DNA of 64,000 bases from Camelus ferus (lineage: Eukaryota): positions 85,500,001 to 85,564,000 of the forward strand of contig NC_045697.1 in the NCBI RefSeq assembly GCF_009834535.1, read 5' to 3'. A model generated the notes under the pieces. It made no database searches. It was given only the letters and a program-made list of their open reading frames with translations, and had not been told where the DNA came from. The position numbers and the translations under genes are program-made. Of this stretch, positions 51,401-64,000 are shown piece after piece; the stretch's first letter is position 1, and each line of letters opens with the position of its first letter.

Positions 51401-52152
51401 TTGTGGAGAAAATGAACAATTTCAGAAGTCTCATAAGACTTAGCAAACATTTGTGTGCCTCTCTGAAGACAAGGAATTCTACTGAGATTCTCTTTCCTAT
51501 AATTTTTCACCGAGCAAAAGCACAAAATCAGCCTGGAAGGGAGGGAATAGACTTCCTGAATTTTTATTGGCAGGTGTGGAGACATGAGAACAGGCAGGAG
51601 CCAGGCACCTGCTACAACAAATCAAGAGACTCCGTAGTCAGAACTCCCAATTCTAAGCAGCACACTGCAGTTTGATAGAGGTTCGTTTGTTTCTTATAAA
51701 ATGTGTAATTCAAATATTTTTACCTTGCTAAACATTTAAAATATTTGAAACAGATCCAAGAATGGGGCAATCATGTCTGAGATAGAACATGGTGAACTTT
51801 CATTAAAGCAAATTGTTTCTGAATATCAAATAGTAGAAAGATAAAGAAAAGATTGGGTACCTGATCCCTCTTAACCTTTTGCTCATTCAAGGTGAGTTTC
51901 TCAGATAGTTCATCCTGAAGTACTTACGGTATAAACTAGTCAAGTTTTAAATGCTGCTTATGGTGTCTGCCTGGTATACTCCTATTTCTGTTAGCTTTTA
52001 GGTAGAAGTCAACAAATCTATTCTTTCTCTCATGTCTGGGACATTTGTCCTTCACCCTGCAGGGTCATCTGAAAAGCTATTATTTCTGCCAGATATGTTC
52101 ACATATGTGGCCTATGAGACACAGAAACTTTGTACACTATCATCATTTATAA

Positions 52153-52675
52153 TGTAATAGAGAAGAACAAATCTGGGTCCATATTAGATCTTATTAGGTC
52201 TGTTCTTTTAGCTCTAACCCTGTGCTCTGTTTCCTGTGCTTAGTCATGCTGCTTCCGCACCTTTTGTAAAAGAATGCTGCCTAGAGCCTGAAATATACAG
52301 GACAGCCCATTCTCAAGGCTCTGACCTTTAAGGATACAACACTCCTCCAGTCATATAAAGTGTTGCAGAACATAGAATAACATTTGTCTTGTTGGAGGTT
52401 TCCGGGAACATCATGACCTGACCTGCAGGGAAAGGTGCAAGATCAAAGGGTTTCAACACCAAGAAGTTTGCAACACATAACCACACCCTCTTCCCTTTTT
52501 AGTATAAAAGGAGCCTGAACTGTGACTTGGGGAAGATGGTTCTCCAGGACATTAGTCTGCCATCTTCACGATCTGCCAGCTTTGGAAATAAAATCATTAT
52601 TCCTTACCCCAACACCTTGTCTCCCGATGTATTGGCCTGTTGTAAGGTGAGCAGAACGAGTTTGGACTCATAACA
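52153..52675 (+). mobile_element. Complete ERV1-type solo LTR
   Basis: TGTAA...TAACA termini, 4-bp TSD ataa (52149-52152, 52676-52679), TATA 'tataaaa' at about 52503, AATAAA at 52587-52592. Confidence 0.85.
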
Positions 52676-52987
52676 ATAAGAGGTGTGACCATAATGTGAC
52701 TGCTCTCTGCCAACAAAGCTACTATGAATTAAATACTGAGATCCTTCTTCTGAAATTACTTCCAGAATCTATGGCACCTTCTTTCAAAAATTTTTGGAAA
52801 AGGACTAAATTATCAGGTTAAAGTTTGGTAAATAAGGTAGAGAGAGAAAAGCTAAGTAATATCAGTGGTTTAAAGACATAGGGCGAAAAATAATAGAGCT
52901 TCCTTCTCTCATTCGTAAACTTTTAAAACAAAAGTTTTAAACAAACAAACAAGGAAACTTTTAAACAAAAGTCTTCGTATGTACAGA

Positions 52988-53235
52988 AGCAGAGTAGCGC
53001 AGTGATAAAGAGCAGGCTGGGAAGCAAGCCTGCCGGAGTACAGTCCTGACTCCTCTCGTGACTCTTCGACTGGGAGATGATAACCTTCCTGTGCCTCTGT
53101 TTCCTCTTCTGTAAGATGGGGATAGTAATAGTACCTGCCTCATTAGGGCTGTAATGAGGCTGAAATATGTTGATACATGTAAAATGTATACAGTAGTGCC
53201 TGGCATGTAGTTAGTAGTCTGTAATTGTTAATGAG
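52988..53235 (+). mobile_element. Near full-length MIR SINE
   Basis: 'aaccttcctgtgcctctgtttcctcttctgtaagatggggatagtaatagtacctgcctcattagggctgtaatgagg...gtgcctggcatgtag'. Confidence 0.9.
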
Positions 53236-56200
53236 TGTCATTGTGCTAGCGTCCAGGAGGGAGGAGGTAAATAATTGTGGTCCCTTCACCATTTTGACTC
53301 ATAGTGGGGCAGCTCATGTTAGGAGAGCTCAGTGTGTGGTGTGTGGGGGTTGGTCTTGATAACTTTTAAGATTCCTTGTGACTCTAAAATTCTCTGATTC
53401 TAGGATTCCAAGTAAAGAATTTGGTGCTTGCTTTCAAAGAATTCATCATCTTTTTGAAAAAATAGGATGCTAAGCCTTAGCAGCCTAAGTCCAGGTGCTT
53501 CTTATTTTCATATCCCCAGGATCCCACATGGTGCATATCTCACAGTGAGGACCAAATATTTTAACAGAATTAAGAAGGCTACCTAACTGTATAAAATAAA
53601 AGATGTTAAAATGAAAAATAAATGATATTGACAATTAAGAGTTTGAGGATAATAGGACTTATAATGACCAATAGCAGTTGCTCAGACATTTTTAGTGGAT
53701 TATTTACATCCTTTTATTTTTGTCTTTCATGTAAGTCCTTTTAAGAGAGCTTAAAATTTTACTTGAAGTTGTTTTATACTTTTGTTTTCCTGGAGGAAGA
53801 CTAGTATAAACCACATATAATTTCTGGGAACCAAAAGATTTACAATTAAAGCCCACAGGAGTTAGAGTACCTAGCTGGCTGACAGCATCCTCTCAGCTAA
53901 AAGCAAACAAATTTCTTTGTTTCCATCACTGAGTAACTTCCTCCTTTTGCTATTCCCGTCAGTTCCTCCTCTTTTTAAGGAGTTTCTTACTTCTTAAGAA
54001 GCAGCTGTTGCTTTCTGTTTAACTTAACCAAAGGATGTCCTGGATTCTTGGACGGATTTCAGTACATCAGTGAAGATCATAAGCTGTTTGATTGTTTAAG
54101 CAGACGTTTACACAATCCACAGTTCCAAAATTACCCAACTTTAGAGGATAAACTGACTTTTGGAAGTAAACCAAGTTTTATGAGCTTTTTGCCATTTGTG
54201 CTGTCAGCTTTTAATACACTTGGGTTTCTGAAGTCAGGTTCAAGGGTGAGGGTGTGAGTATCACAAGTCTTAGTCAACTATGCAAAAATCAGTTTTACAG
54301 ATCTTGAAAACAGCACATTAGAAATTGCCAAAGAATTCTTCTACTGTTGTATAAGTTTGTTATGCTGATCAAGTCTATGCTACAGCACTGGAATGTATCA
54401 AAATAAATGTGCAATCAAAGGCATGAGAGCTTTACTTAAAAGAGAAATAACCTGAGGCCGATGAGTGATTTTTATCTATGTAAAATGCTCTGCCCTCTAA
54501 GGCATACAATTCAGAACACATAATACTTACCCAGAAAATCTGTTTCATTCCAGAGTGCACCTTTATTAAATTCAACATCAAACATTAACCAGGTTCAGTA
54601 CATGTAGAATGAAATGCCCTAGGTAAGTACTAACCCATTGTGAAAATTATTATCCTTTTATCTATATATGATAAATAATAAAGATGTCACAATATGCTGA
54701 AAAATTTACATACCTATGCACTGATACTTACATATATGAAAGTATTTATATTGATTTTTTAAGAAGTGATATATTGGTGTCTAATACATAAATACTTTCT
54801 TATTGATCACATGAGAACTACAATGAGTCAGTTGATTACAAAATTAGTTAAAACTGGGACTCATGAAGAATAATTCATTAATTCCATATTAATTTATTGT
54901 AACTGAAAACACACAAGTGCTCATCAGTTGCTATGCCCTTTTTTCGCAGCAGAGACCTACTGATGGCATTCCCTACAGACTTGGTGACCCACAACAGATC
55001 TCCCGTGAATTTTAGTTCTAGTTTCTTTACAAGGGAATTAGAATTGTGAGACATTTACAAAGCTATCTGGAAACAGAATATTTTGAGATCTTTATATTTG
55101 TCCAGTCTTTTAAATTTGCCTCACCCACTTCCAATTTGAATGTGGTAACTCACCTTTGTGGGATATTTCCCAGGTACTCAAATTGGCTTGCATAGAACAA
55201 TTTTTTCATCTGTTTTTGGACTCAAGTATCAAAAGCTTATACAAATTTTATTTAAATTATGTAATTGCAAAAAAAAAAAAAAAGGTCACATGTAGCCTGG
55301 TCACAAAGACTGACTTTTGGTTAAAGTACTGCTCGACTTTTGGAGGCAGAAATAAGTGAATGTTCTTAGCTGCGAGCATTCAGCGTGCCTTGAGTGCCAG
55401 TCTATGTACAGAGAGAATGAACACCATGGTTAATCCATGCTGAGCTGGTTAAGTGGAGGTTGGAAAAAAGAGCTGTGGTTTCAGTCAGAAGTGGGAAAAA
55501 GCCTGCGGGGTCAGGAAGCTAAGATAAATTGGTGACTTTAGGTGGTGGTAGGGCCTGTGCATAACAAGGAAATGATCTCCTGCCTGAAGGCTTTAAAATT
55601 CAATTAAAAAAAAAAAGTAAAATGAACAAACAAAAGACAATGCTCTTAAAAATGTAATTCTATTGACTTTCAGGAACCATCAAGTCTATTTTTCACAGCC
55701 TTTTGTAACTTCCAAAGTATGAGTTTATTTGTTGCCAATATGTAAATAATATTCCATTAATTTTGAGATCCTTGCAATTATTAGCAAGAAAGAAATATTT
55801 TATAAAGCACTAGATTAGAAACCAGAAGTTTTATTTTATTTATTTATTTTTTTTACTTTTTTTTTTCTGATCCCAATTCCTAAATGAACTAGATGTAAAA
55901 TTTTAAGCATTTTAATGATTTTCTCCAGGTTTTAGCCCTCTTCTGCAGAATCAAGGCCTGACCAGATTGTCTCTAATGTCCTTTGAATTCTAAAATTCCA
56001 TGGTGATCACTGCCACATATTTACTGTCAGCATTAGGGACGATGACCAGGATCGCTAACCCTTATGATGGGCAGGAGTCATGGACGCTATTGTCCTCCGT
56101 GTTTGATTCTCCTCAAACTATAATTAGGCAACTTGTACAAAATTCAAGAATGAATTGGGGAGCTAACGGGCCAAACAAACTTTTCTTTATGCTTAATGTT

Positions 56201-56641
56201 GTATTACATTGGCTAGTAAGAAATAACTTCAAGTATTTTATAGGTTTTTTTCCAATGCTGGCAAACCACGGACAATACTTTGCCTTTCAACCTGGACAAC
56301 TAGAGTGGCATCCTGGCTGGTCTGCCTCCTCCCACTGTTGGCTCCCTTCAAGTTGCTCTCCACATTGTAGACGTAGTGTTCCTTTCACAAGACATATTTG
56401 ACTTTGCCACCCCCACGATATAAACACCTTCATGGTTTTACATTATAGGGCTCAAAGTCCTTATCACAGCTAAAGTGCTCTGCATGCCTCAAATCAGTCA
56501 TTATTGGATATAGGAAGTGATGGTTCTTTGTCGTGTGACAAGTCTTCCAATATTGCAAGATGCTTAACATCACCAGATCCCAATAACCAAAAATGCTCCC
56601 CACCCTCAATGACCCAGAAGCAACTTCCAGCCTCTTTTCTT

Positions 56642-56774
56642 TTTGTTTTGCCTTTTTTGGGGGGAGGGGTGAAGTAATTAGGTTTTTTTATTTTTAGAAG
56701 AGGTACTGGGGATTGAACTCAGGACCTCATGCATGCTAAGCTTGAGCTCTATCACTGAACTCTACCCTCTCTCT
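56642..56774 (-). mobile_element. tRNA-Ala-derived SINE (camelid vic-1-like)
   Basis: 'gaggtactggggattgaactcaggacctcatgcatgctaagc...ctctatcactgaactct'; TSD agcctcttttctt at 56629-56641 and 56775-56787. Confidence 0.9.
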
Positions 56775-56799
56775 AGCCTCTTTTCTTACCACCCATCAG

Positions 56800-57150
56800 T
56801 CTTTTTGTAAGTTCCTTGAAAGTGCCATGCCCCTTTCCATTATAATCTTTGAAGCTGTTTTTCCTCCTCCTTAGATTGTTCTTTCCCTCAGTTAATCTTC
56901 CCTGACTTATGTTGTACAAATTCCTTTAACATACACTCTTGCAACTGCATGCACCTCCCCTTTGTAGCATTTATCATAATTGTACCTTCGCTGTTTGGGT
57001 GTGTGAGTGAGTACTTGCTGAAGGTCATTTTTCAAGACTAGACTGTAACTTCTGTGATTTTTCCATCTGTTTTGCTCACAGCTAAATTCCAGTACCTGGT
57101 TCAGTGTCTGTAATAGGTTTAATGTGCCACAGATATTGAATGAATGAATT
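56800..57150 (+). mobile_element. L2 3' end
   Basis: 'actagactgtaacttctgtga...tctgttttgctcac...gatattgaatgaatgaat'. Confidence 0.7.
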
Positions 57151-58419
57151 GAAGGATATTAATTATGCCAGTACACGGAACTGTAACATTTTAATACAAA
57201 ATCATGAATATGGTTTCCTAATAATACTTTAGTTTAGCCCAAATCACTCTTTAAACCAGTTTGTATGTTCAAGAAGTTTTATTCCCAGAGCTTCCTATCA
57301 AAGTCATTGATCTTCAAAAAGCTAAAAAAAAGAAAAAAAGAAAAAAGAAAATGGAATTCACTTAGCCTAGAAACTGGGACTATAAAGTATATCAGGTGAT
57401 TATATAAAAAAAGAAAAAACCTAAATTGATAAGCACACAGCTAAGATTCCATTAAAATATTTCAGATAATTTCTATGCTAAATTAGGCAAATGATCAAGA
57501 TTTTTTAAAACTATGATAATGCCATTTGGGGGGGAAAAAAAGCATGTGTTTTAGGTTTTCATTCATTTATTTTCTCTAGTAAATAAGATTCCTGTATCTA
57601 AATTGGTACTTAAGGCTCTTTGATTGCAGTTGTGGAAGAAATTGGAAGAGAGGAAAATTACACATCACTCTCGTTTACAGTAATGGCTTGCGGGAAATTG
57701 AGAATAAGAAAGAGATTTTTGGCTACACATTGTTTGGCTAAACCAAAAGGAAGAAATACCTAAAAGAAGACTAAAAGAAGAGCTTTTTTTTTTTTTCCAT
57801 TTCATATTTCTGAGAAAGGTGCCAAATCAGGGGACTTTTATCATCTATTTCCTTCTGAGAAGCCTTTTCGTTTTATAGCAATAAAGTAAAATTCTTTGCC
57901 ACCACAGATTCTCTATTGCTCAATCACTTCAGGGCACCTGCACTATTACCATATGAAAAACTAACGTTTGGGTACTGAAATTGGAAAAGTTCCTGAATTA
58001 GGACTCAAGAGGCCATGATTCCGTCCCCAGGGCTGTCACTAAACTGCCTGTCCTTGGGTAAATTGTTTATCACCATCTCTCAGATTTGAAGTGATTGGAA
58101 TTATAATGTCTAAGAGCCTTTCCAACACTTAAGTGCTGTCAACTTGGTCATCCTAGAATTATACATATTGCAGTATCACTTGTGACGCATGTGTATTAGA
58201 GGCTTACTGAAATATGAGCAATGGTCAGTTCTTACCCTGTAGAGAGGGTCTTGTTGTCTGTAGAATGGTCCTTCATTCTGCAGCAAGACAAGCAAGTGCT
58301 TACTCTGGGTCTTTATCCAGCTCTATCTGAGGAATTATTCTCGCACTGTGGACTTCTATTGAAGAACTTCAGTGAGGTCCCCAAATTATAAATTCACCTT
58401 TCTTAACATGTATATTAGA

Positions 58420-58635
58420 AAGATGATTGGATTAAGACTCAAAAGATGTAAATCCCAATCTTTCTTATACTCAACAACTCTTATACTCTTATACACAACA
58501 AGCTTTGTGACTTTTGGCAAATTATTTAAACTCTTTGAGCCCAAACATACTCATCTATGAAGTAAAAATAATACTTCCTATCTTCAAAGGGAAGAACATA
58601 AAGATTAAACAAGAGATTGCATTTGAAAGCACTTC
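58420..58635 (+). mobile_element. MIR SINE
   Basis: 'agctttgtgacttttggcaaattatttaaactctttgagccc...ctcatctatgaagt'. Confidence 0.65.
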
Positions 58636-60920
58636 CAATTCACCTCCATTACAAGATTTGCCTCCTTGTCTTGGTGAATAATAAGCTTTAAATAAATATT
58701 GTAGAATTTAAATACTGTTCAACATTTAAAACTCAATGGAAAGCCTGTAGAGAAAGTGATTTTATTATGGGAGATAAATATTTTATGTATGCTATTATTT
58801 ATGAATGTTGATTATTTTGTTGATAATCATGAAAATGGGAGATTAAGGATGTGTTGTTTGTTTTGTGGGACTTGCTTCAAGTGAGTATATTCTGATCTGC
58901 ACCAAATTTTTAGCAATAGAAACCATTTCAGAGATAATGTCATTATTATTATTATTATTATTAAAATCAAGCAGTTGTAATAAATCTAAATATCCATGAC
59001 TACATAGAAATTGCCTTGGAATTTTAACATCCAGGTGATTATCACTAGATTAACAAACAGAGAGAGAGAGAGAAAGAGAGTGAGAGAGAGTGCTACTATC
59101 TTAATATGACTCAAATGAAAATAAATGAAAGGCTGTTTAATATAATAAAAATGAATGCTCACTGAGCTCATTCCTGAGATTTTAATAAATGCCTTCTGCT
59201 GGTAATGAAAAGTTGAGATGAGACTTGACCTCTGTGATTTCAGATACAGAATCCATCCTTTGGTTTTTACATGTGAAATTCAAGACTCTTTCAGACTAAT
59301 TCTGTAGTTTCTGCCTTAGTCTTATCTAAATGTTAATGTTTATTTTTTGATATTTTTTCTTGTTTTTAAATGAGCCACAGAACAATTTCTAATTAGAAAT
59401 TCATCTTATTTTTTGATACATAGTTGGGTAAGGTTAAATTTGTCTACAAGAAACACTTTAAAGTTGAGTATCTTCCTACTCACTTTTTTCAATCATAAAT
59501 CGAGCCTGATCAGTTTGATCCTGTTCCAATATGTTTCGTTCCTCTCTACAAAAAGAATTCAAATGGGAAGCACATTTTCCTGTTGTTCAGGCTGAACAAT
59601 TTTTTGCTTATTTTAATATCTACAGTTGTTTTGCCTTCTGTAGTTTAAAAAATGTAAGCCATGTTCCCAGGAGATTTTTGAACAGCTTCTCCTAGTAGAG
59701 GGTTTATGAAAAATGATAATATATTCTTTAAAATTGAAGGGAAAAAATGAATATGGCAACCTACTGAAGAACGTACTGATAGATCTTGTAAGCATGCAAT
59801 TTGTTTTAGAGTCCTCTGGATGTAGCTTATTCTATTTACCAATATTTATTCACATCAAAAGGAAATACTCCACCATCTTTGTCATTTAAGATGTAATTTA
59901 AAACTGTGAAAGGGGTAATTTACCTTTAAATGTATTTTATGAATTATACCACTTAATATATTTCTTCTTGCAGAAGTTACAGTTGTCAGATTGGCAAAAG
60001 CATGGAATAATTAACTCTGGTTACTTACCACAATAATCTGTTAACTGTGTACTAACCGCCCCACTGTGACTCTTTCTCTGTCATCCAAGGCTTTTTACTT
60101 TCTTAGATCAATCCAGGGATCCGCTTGCTGGGACTGTGCTTTGCAGCTACCAGAGTAATTTTCACTCATATGTTGTTTCTATTTTAGAAACCCTGGGGAT
60201 ATTTATTCTTGGCAGTGTTTTCAAATAAAATAATTTTTTACTCATGCCCTGTGCAATTTCAGTAGAAAGACATATACATTTTTTATGCCCTCCTCTTTCT
60301 TAAAGATTTGAGGACATACGTGTGTAAAATATGCTTCTTTTATTTTAAGTCCTTCTTCCTTTATGAAAACAATATTTGAAAGATCTAAACTGTCACAACT
60401 CCAAACAGATGGAGTAACACCTGGGACCAGCAGGTTTTCCTCTGAGAGTCCTTCATTATCTCATCTTCATGAGGAAGCAAAGTTTAGAAATTGATAGCTA
60501 AAGTGCTTAAAATTAAAACATTAAAGAGCAATTTTTAAAAGTTAACAGTCAAAATGAGGCCTTAAGGTTTGTCCTCGGCAGGAAGTATTCAGTTGACAAA
60601 GAACTTAGTAAGCACCTTTATTCCCTCCACCAGTGGAAGAAGACAGTCAAGGAGTCAGGGACCTTGACTGATCAGGCGTATCGGACGGTTCCCTGTCTCT
60701 TCTGTTGTTCCACAAGTCCCTTTGACAGCTGTGTTTCTGATTCCTTTAACAGGAGGAATTGAGTATACTAAGTTTCCCATGTTTAAAAATCATTATTTCT
60801 TCCTCTTTCATTTGTGTCTCATTTATCTCATTAAAATTGGGAAATTGTATAGTGGCTGCAAATTTCAATGGAAAAATTGTACTGGAAGCCAGTGATGTAC
60901 TTATTAAAATGCATGCTTAG

Positions 60921-61030
60921 TAGAGAGAGAGAGAAGCTAGCTGAGAGTGAGTCAGAGAGAGGGAGAGAGAGAGAGACAGAAAGACAGGAAAGGACAGAGA
61001 CAGTGAAAAAGAAAAGGAGGAAATAAGAGG
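60921..61030 (+). repeat. GA-rich low-complexity / imperfect (GA)n tract
   Basis: Read directly from sequence. Confidence 0.8.
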
Positions 61031-64000
61031 ACTTGTTTCTCTTTAATTTCTGGACTTTAAAAATCTATTACAATTCTGATTTTTAAAAAAATAGCCTCAA
61101 AAATTCGAGGAGAGCATTTCTGAAAATACTGTGTTAACACTGACCCATTCTAGAGATCCTTGCTTGTCACCCATAATGTTAAGACCCTATGTGAACCTTA
61201 TGCTGTGGGGGCAGGTCTGTGGATGCTTTGCCATTTCAAAAGGGCTATTGGATTTTCTGCAACAGGGCACTGCCTGAGATTCCTAAGAAAAATGGAGCTG
61301 CTTAGTATTTTACAGCAGGAAATTTTGTGGCTATGCCAGAAACTTAATGTTGTTAGGTTAATGAAAAAGCATCACACTGCTCATAATCATCTGGTCGAGA
61401 TTTGTCCACTGCTGGCTTTTAAAATGAACCTACCTTGCATGTCAACCTGATTGCTTACACTTAAATTATACCTAGGGAAGTTTATTTTCCAATCTGCTTT
61501 GGAAAATTCAACTATTTAAATAAATCAATCCAGTGACTTTATATTTAGAAATACATTCTTTTAGAACTTTGCATACGTCCCATCAACATGACTCTAGAAT
61601 ACCATGAAGAATACGATGAAGGCTGTCCAAGACAGTGGCGCACACTACCTGGATCCTTGCCCTGATCATTGCTTAAATAAGGCAGTGAAGCGTTGACCAT
61701 AGCCTAAGAGGACAAGCGTAGTAAAATTACTCATATGACGACTGAAATTTAGTTATTATTTACAGGCTTGTTAGAAATAGCCAAGTAAATAGGACAACAT
61801 CAAACAGTTAAACGTGTCATTTCAAAAGCTCACTTTACCTGACATGGACAAAAGGGCTAACTGTTAAAAAAAAATAAAAATAAAAATTTTAAAGGAGAGC
61901 ATCACACATTATTACACTTCATAAGTTCTCTCTCATTTCCCACACGGAATGCATGAAGCCAGAAATTAAATGCTTTTGTCACCAAACTCAAAAATCAATC
62001 ACACGTGCCATTTTAATACGAGAACGTTTAGGCATTTGAAAAAGAAGTTAAGTTCGCGCAAGCTCTGGTAAGTAAGCGAAATGAAAGTAAAGGCACAAAG
62101 CCCACGTTACTCACCATGTTCTATACTGAAAGCTCCTCTCCGCTCTAGGTGAGCGTACTACAAGGGCAGATGTGGAGGGTTTGTCTTTATGACAACCTTT
62201 GAATCAAACAGTAACTAAGTGGTTTAAGTAGAAACATATATTTTGAAAGGTTAATCCACCCATACACAGGGAAACCCCTTTTTTAAGAAAGTCACTCTGC
62301 TGCCAAGAGGCTATTAATATTCACCTCTCGGATACAAGTACAACCTACAGATAAAAGATGTGAAAATACCACAGAGGATTCCCTCTTAGTCGCTATGTTG
62401 TAATGGAAACACAAGAAAACAACATACCTCTTCAGGCGCTTGGGGGTACTACAGGAAATCCACCTGCCCACTTCATGGAAAAGTTATATCAGCTTAATAG
62501 GGCCACAACACATAAACACAAATGTAGAATTTGTATAATTTACTGTAAGGACCACATAGGTCACACACTCATTTCTAGGAATGTTCCTCTGTTTCATCTT
62601 CCTATTTCTTTCCCTGAGAGAGCTAGCACCCAGGTTAACATTTAAACACTCATTCTTTAAAGTAATTTAGAAATAAGCCCACTCCCTTCAGATAAAAAAA
62701 AAAAAAAAGAGTTGATGAGTGTTTTCTTAGAGAGGAAATTGTATTTATGGTCTCTATATTCCTTTACTGGCATTAGAGGATAGAAATAATATATGTTTTC
62801 TCACCAAACTATAATTATTAGCAGTGGGAAAACTCTCCAAAGGGAAAAACAAAATTTGTGCCAATTCAGAAATGAAATCATTGTGGATGAGATACCAGGT
62901 AGCAATCATTAGTGCTTATATACACCACTGATTGTATTGAAGTGGTCACTTTCTCGTACACATAGTGAAATTAGGTAAACTGCCAATAGCATGCTGGCAA
63001 TATGCTGGAGAAGACAGATCGTACCAGAGTCTGACTGTTTGGTACACTTCAGCTGTCACCACAGCAGTCACTGCGCTTCAGAAAAGTAGGCTGATACCAT
63101 CAAAAGGTCCCACTTCTACAATTCCACTTCCCCAGATACACTTTGGAAAGTCAGCAAATCCCAAAGAGAACTTCAACATTATCTTTTTCATGACAAAAAT
63201 GTTATAAACCTCAATCCTGAATGGTAAAGTCATGAGTGTTATTTTTGTGTGTGTGTGCTTTTTCTCTGTATTTTCAAAATTTTTCCAGAAAAAAAAGTCT
63301 ATAATGCCATATAGCTTGCACATACCATTAACTTAAAAAAAATCTAAAAAGAAACTAGGGAGGAAACAATGTCCTTAATCTGAGTTATTAAAGTAAACAT
63401 ATTTGATATGAAAATACCAATATTGTCATTTCAAGATCTCCTGGAGTATTTTGAGCATGTCTTTTAAAAGGTCTTTTGAATGAACACAAAATGACATTTA
63501 CCCTGTTAGTTTCTTTCCATGTGAGAAAAATAATTACCTAATGTTTCACAGGAATATGCCATTTTAGTGTAATACCAAAAGAGCAAGGAGACATTTATCA
63601 GCCAACAGCAATAAGGTGGAAAGTCAAGTCATTTTGTAGACTGGAAGCCTAGATCTAACTGATATTTTCCTTTTCTGAAATTTCCTTGAAAATTAAATAA
63701 GAGTGCTCCACAAGTGCCCCATGTAATTGCTGCTATTAAAACTTTGAGGTGCTCCCACAGGGTGTCTAAGGACCAATCTTATCTCAAGCCATGTGCCTCT
63801 TTATTTGATGACCACATAAATTAAAGGGTGTGGAAAAAGCAGGGACGTTTCTTTCAAAGTTCACTGATGGTTAAGCAGGAAGATCACTAAAAGCTATGGG
63901 ATGGACCATGAGGATGGTGATGCTAGTCAGTGGAAAATGGAGTAAGAGATCATTTTCATTTACCTCATGCAAATGTTGGAGAAAAAAGGGTCCCTAAAGC

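Larger units (their letters stand above)
49131..63216 (-). other. Cluster of exon-like segments (spliced lncRNA or decayed gene?)
   Basis: AG/GT-bounded segments at 63025-63216, 62115-62157, 61577-61703, 61434-61471, 60029-60178, 59484-59545, 58236-58277, 54531-54618 and 49131-49216; no continuous ORF. Confidence 0.25.

Noticed and set aside
59484..61703. Possible PLAT- or PKD/Ig-like domain remnants in - strand segments (EQDQTD..FMIE; GTYNLSVSNQV)
   Set aside because: Only a few residues resemble the motifs and they are interrupted by stops; not enough to name a family without a profile search
205..63323. Remaining ORF-track entries (60-133 aa)
   Set aside because: Lengths expected by chance; many start at TTG/GTG or lie within L1, L2, MIR or LTR repeats; none resembles a protein I know
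1..64000. CRISPR arrays, operons, rRNA or other prokaryotic/phage systems
   Set aside because: Sequence is mammalian; no regularly spaced repeat-spacer array, no dense long ORFs and no rRNA-like sequence seen

Overview
AT-rich, CpG-depleted eutherian genomic DNA, very probably a camelid (alpaca/llama/camel). The attribution rests on three tRNA-Ala-derived SINEs matching my recollection of the Tylopoda vic-1 family, plus cetartiodactyl-type L1 3' ends. Much of the window is interspersed repeat: L1, L2, MIR, MaLR/ERV solo LTRs and MER53, MER45-like and MER47/Tigger5 DNA transposons, several with clear target-site duplications (TSDs). I recognise no protein-coding gene, RNA gene or prokaryote-type system, and the ORF track looks like chance ORFs. 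The window reads as a long intron or intergenic region. The best leads are: four + strand candidate exons that splice into one stop-free ~90-codon frame; a cluster of - strand exon-like segments at 49-63 kb with no continuous frame (lncRNA or decayed gene?); two recursive-splice-like sites; and a convergent CTCF motif pair, one inside a CpG-enriched MIR. Repeat family names are from memory of consensus sequences, not a search, and many boundaries are approximate.
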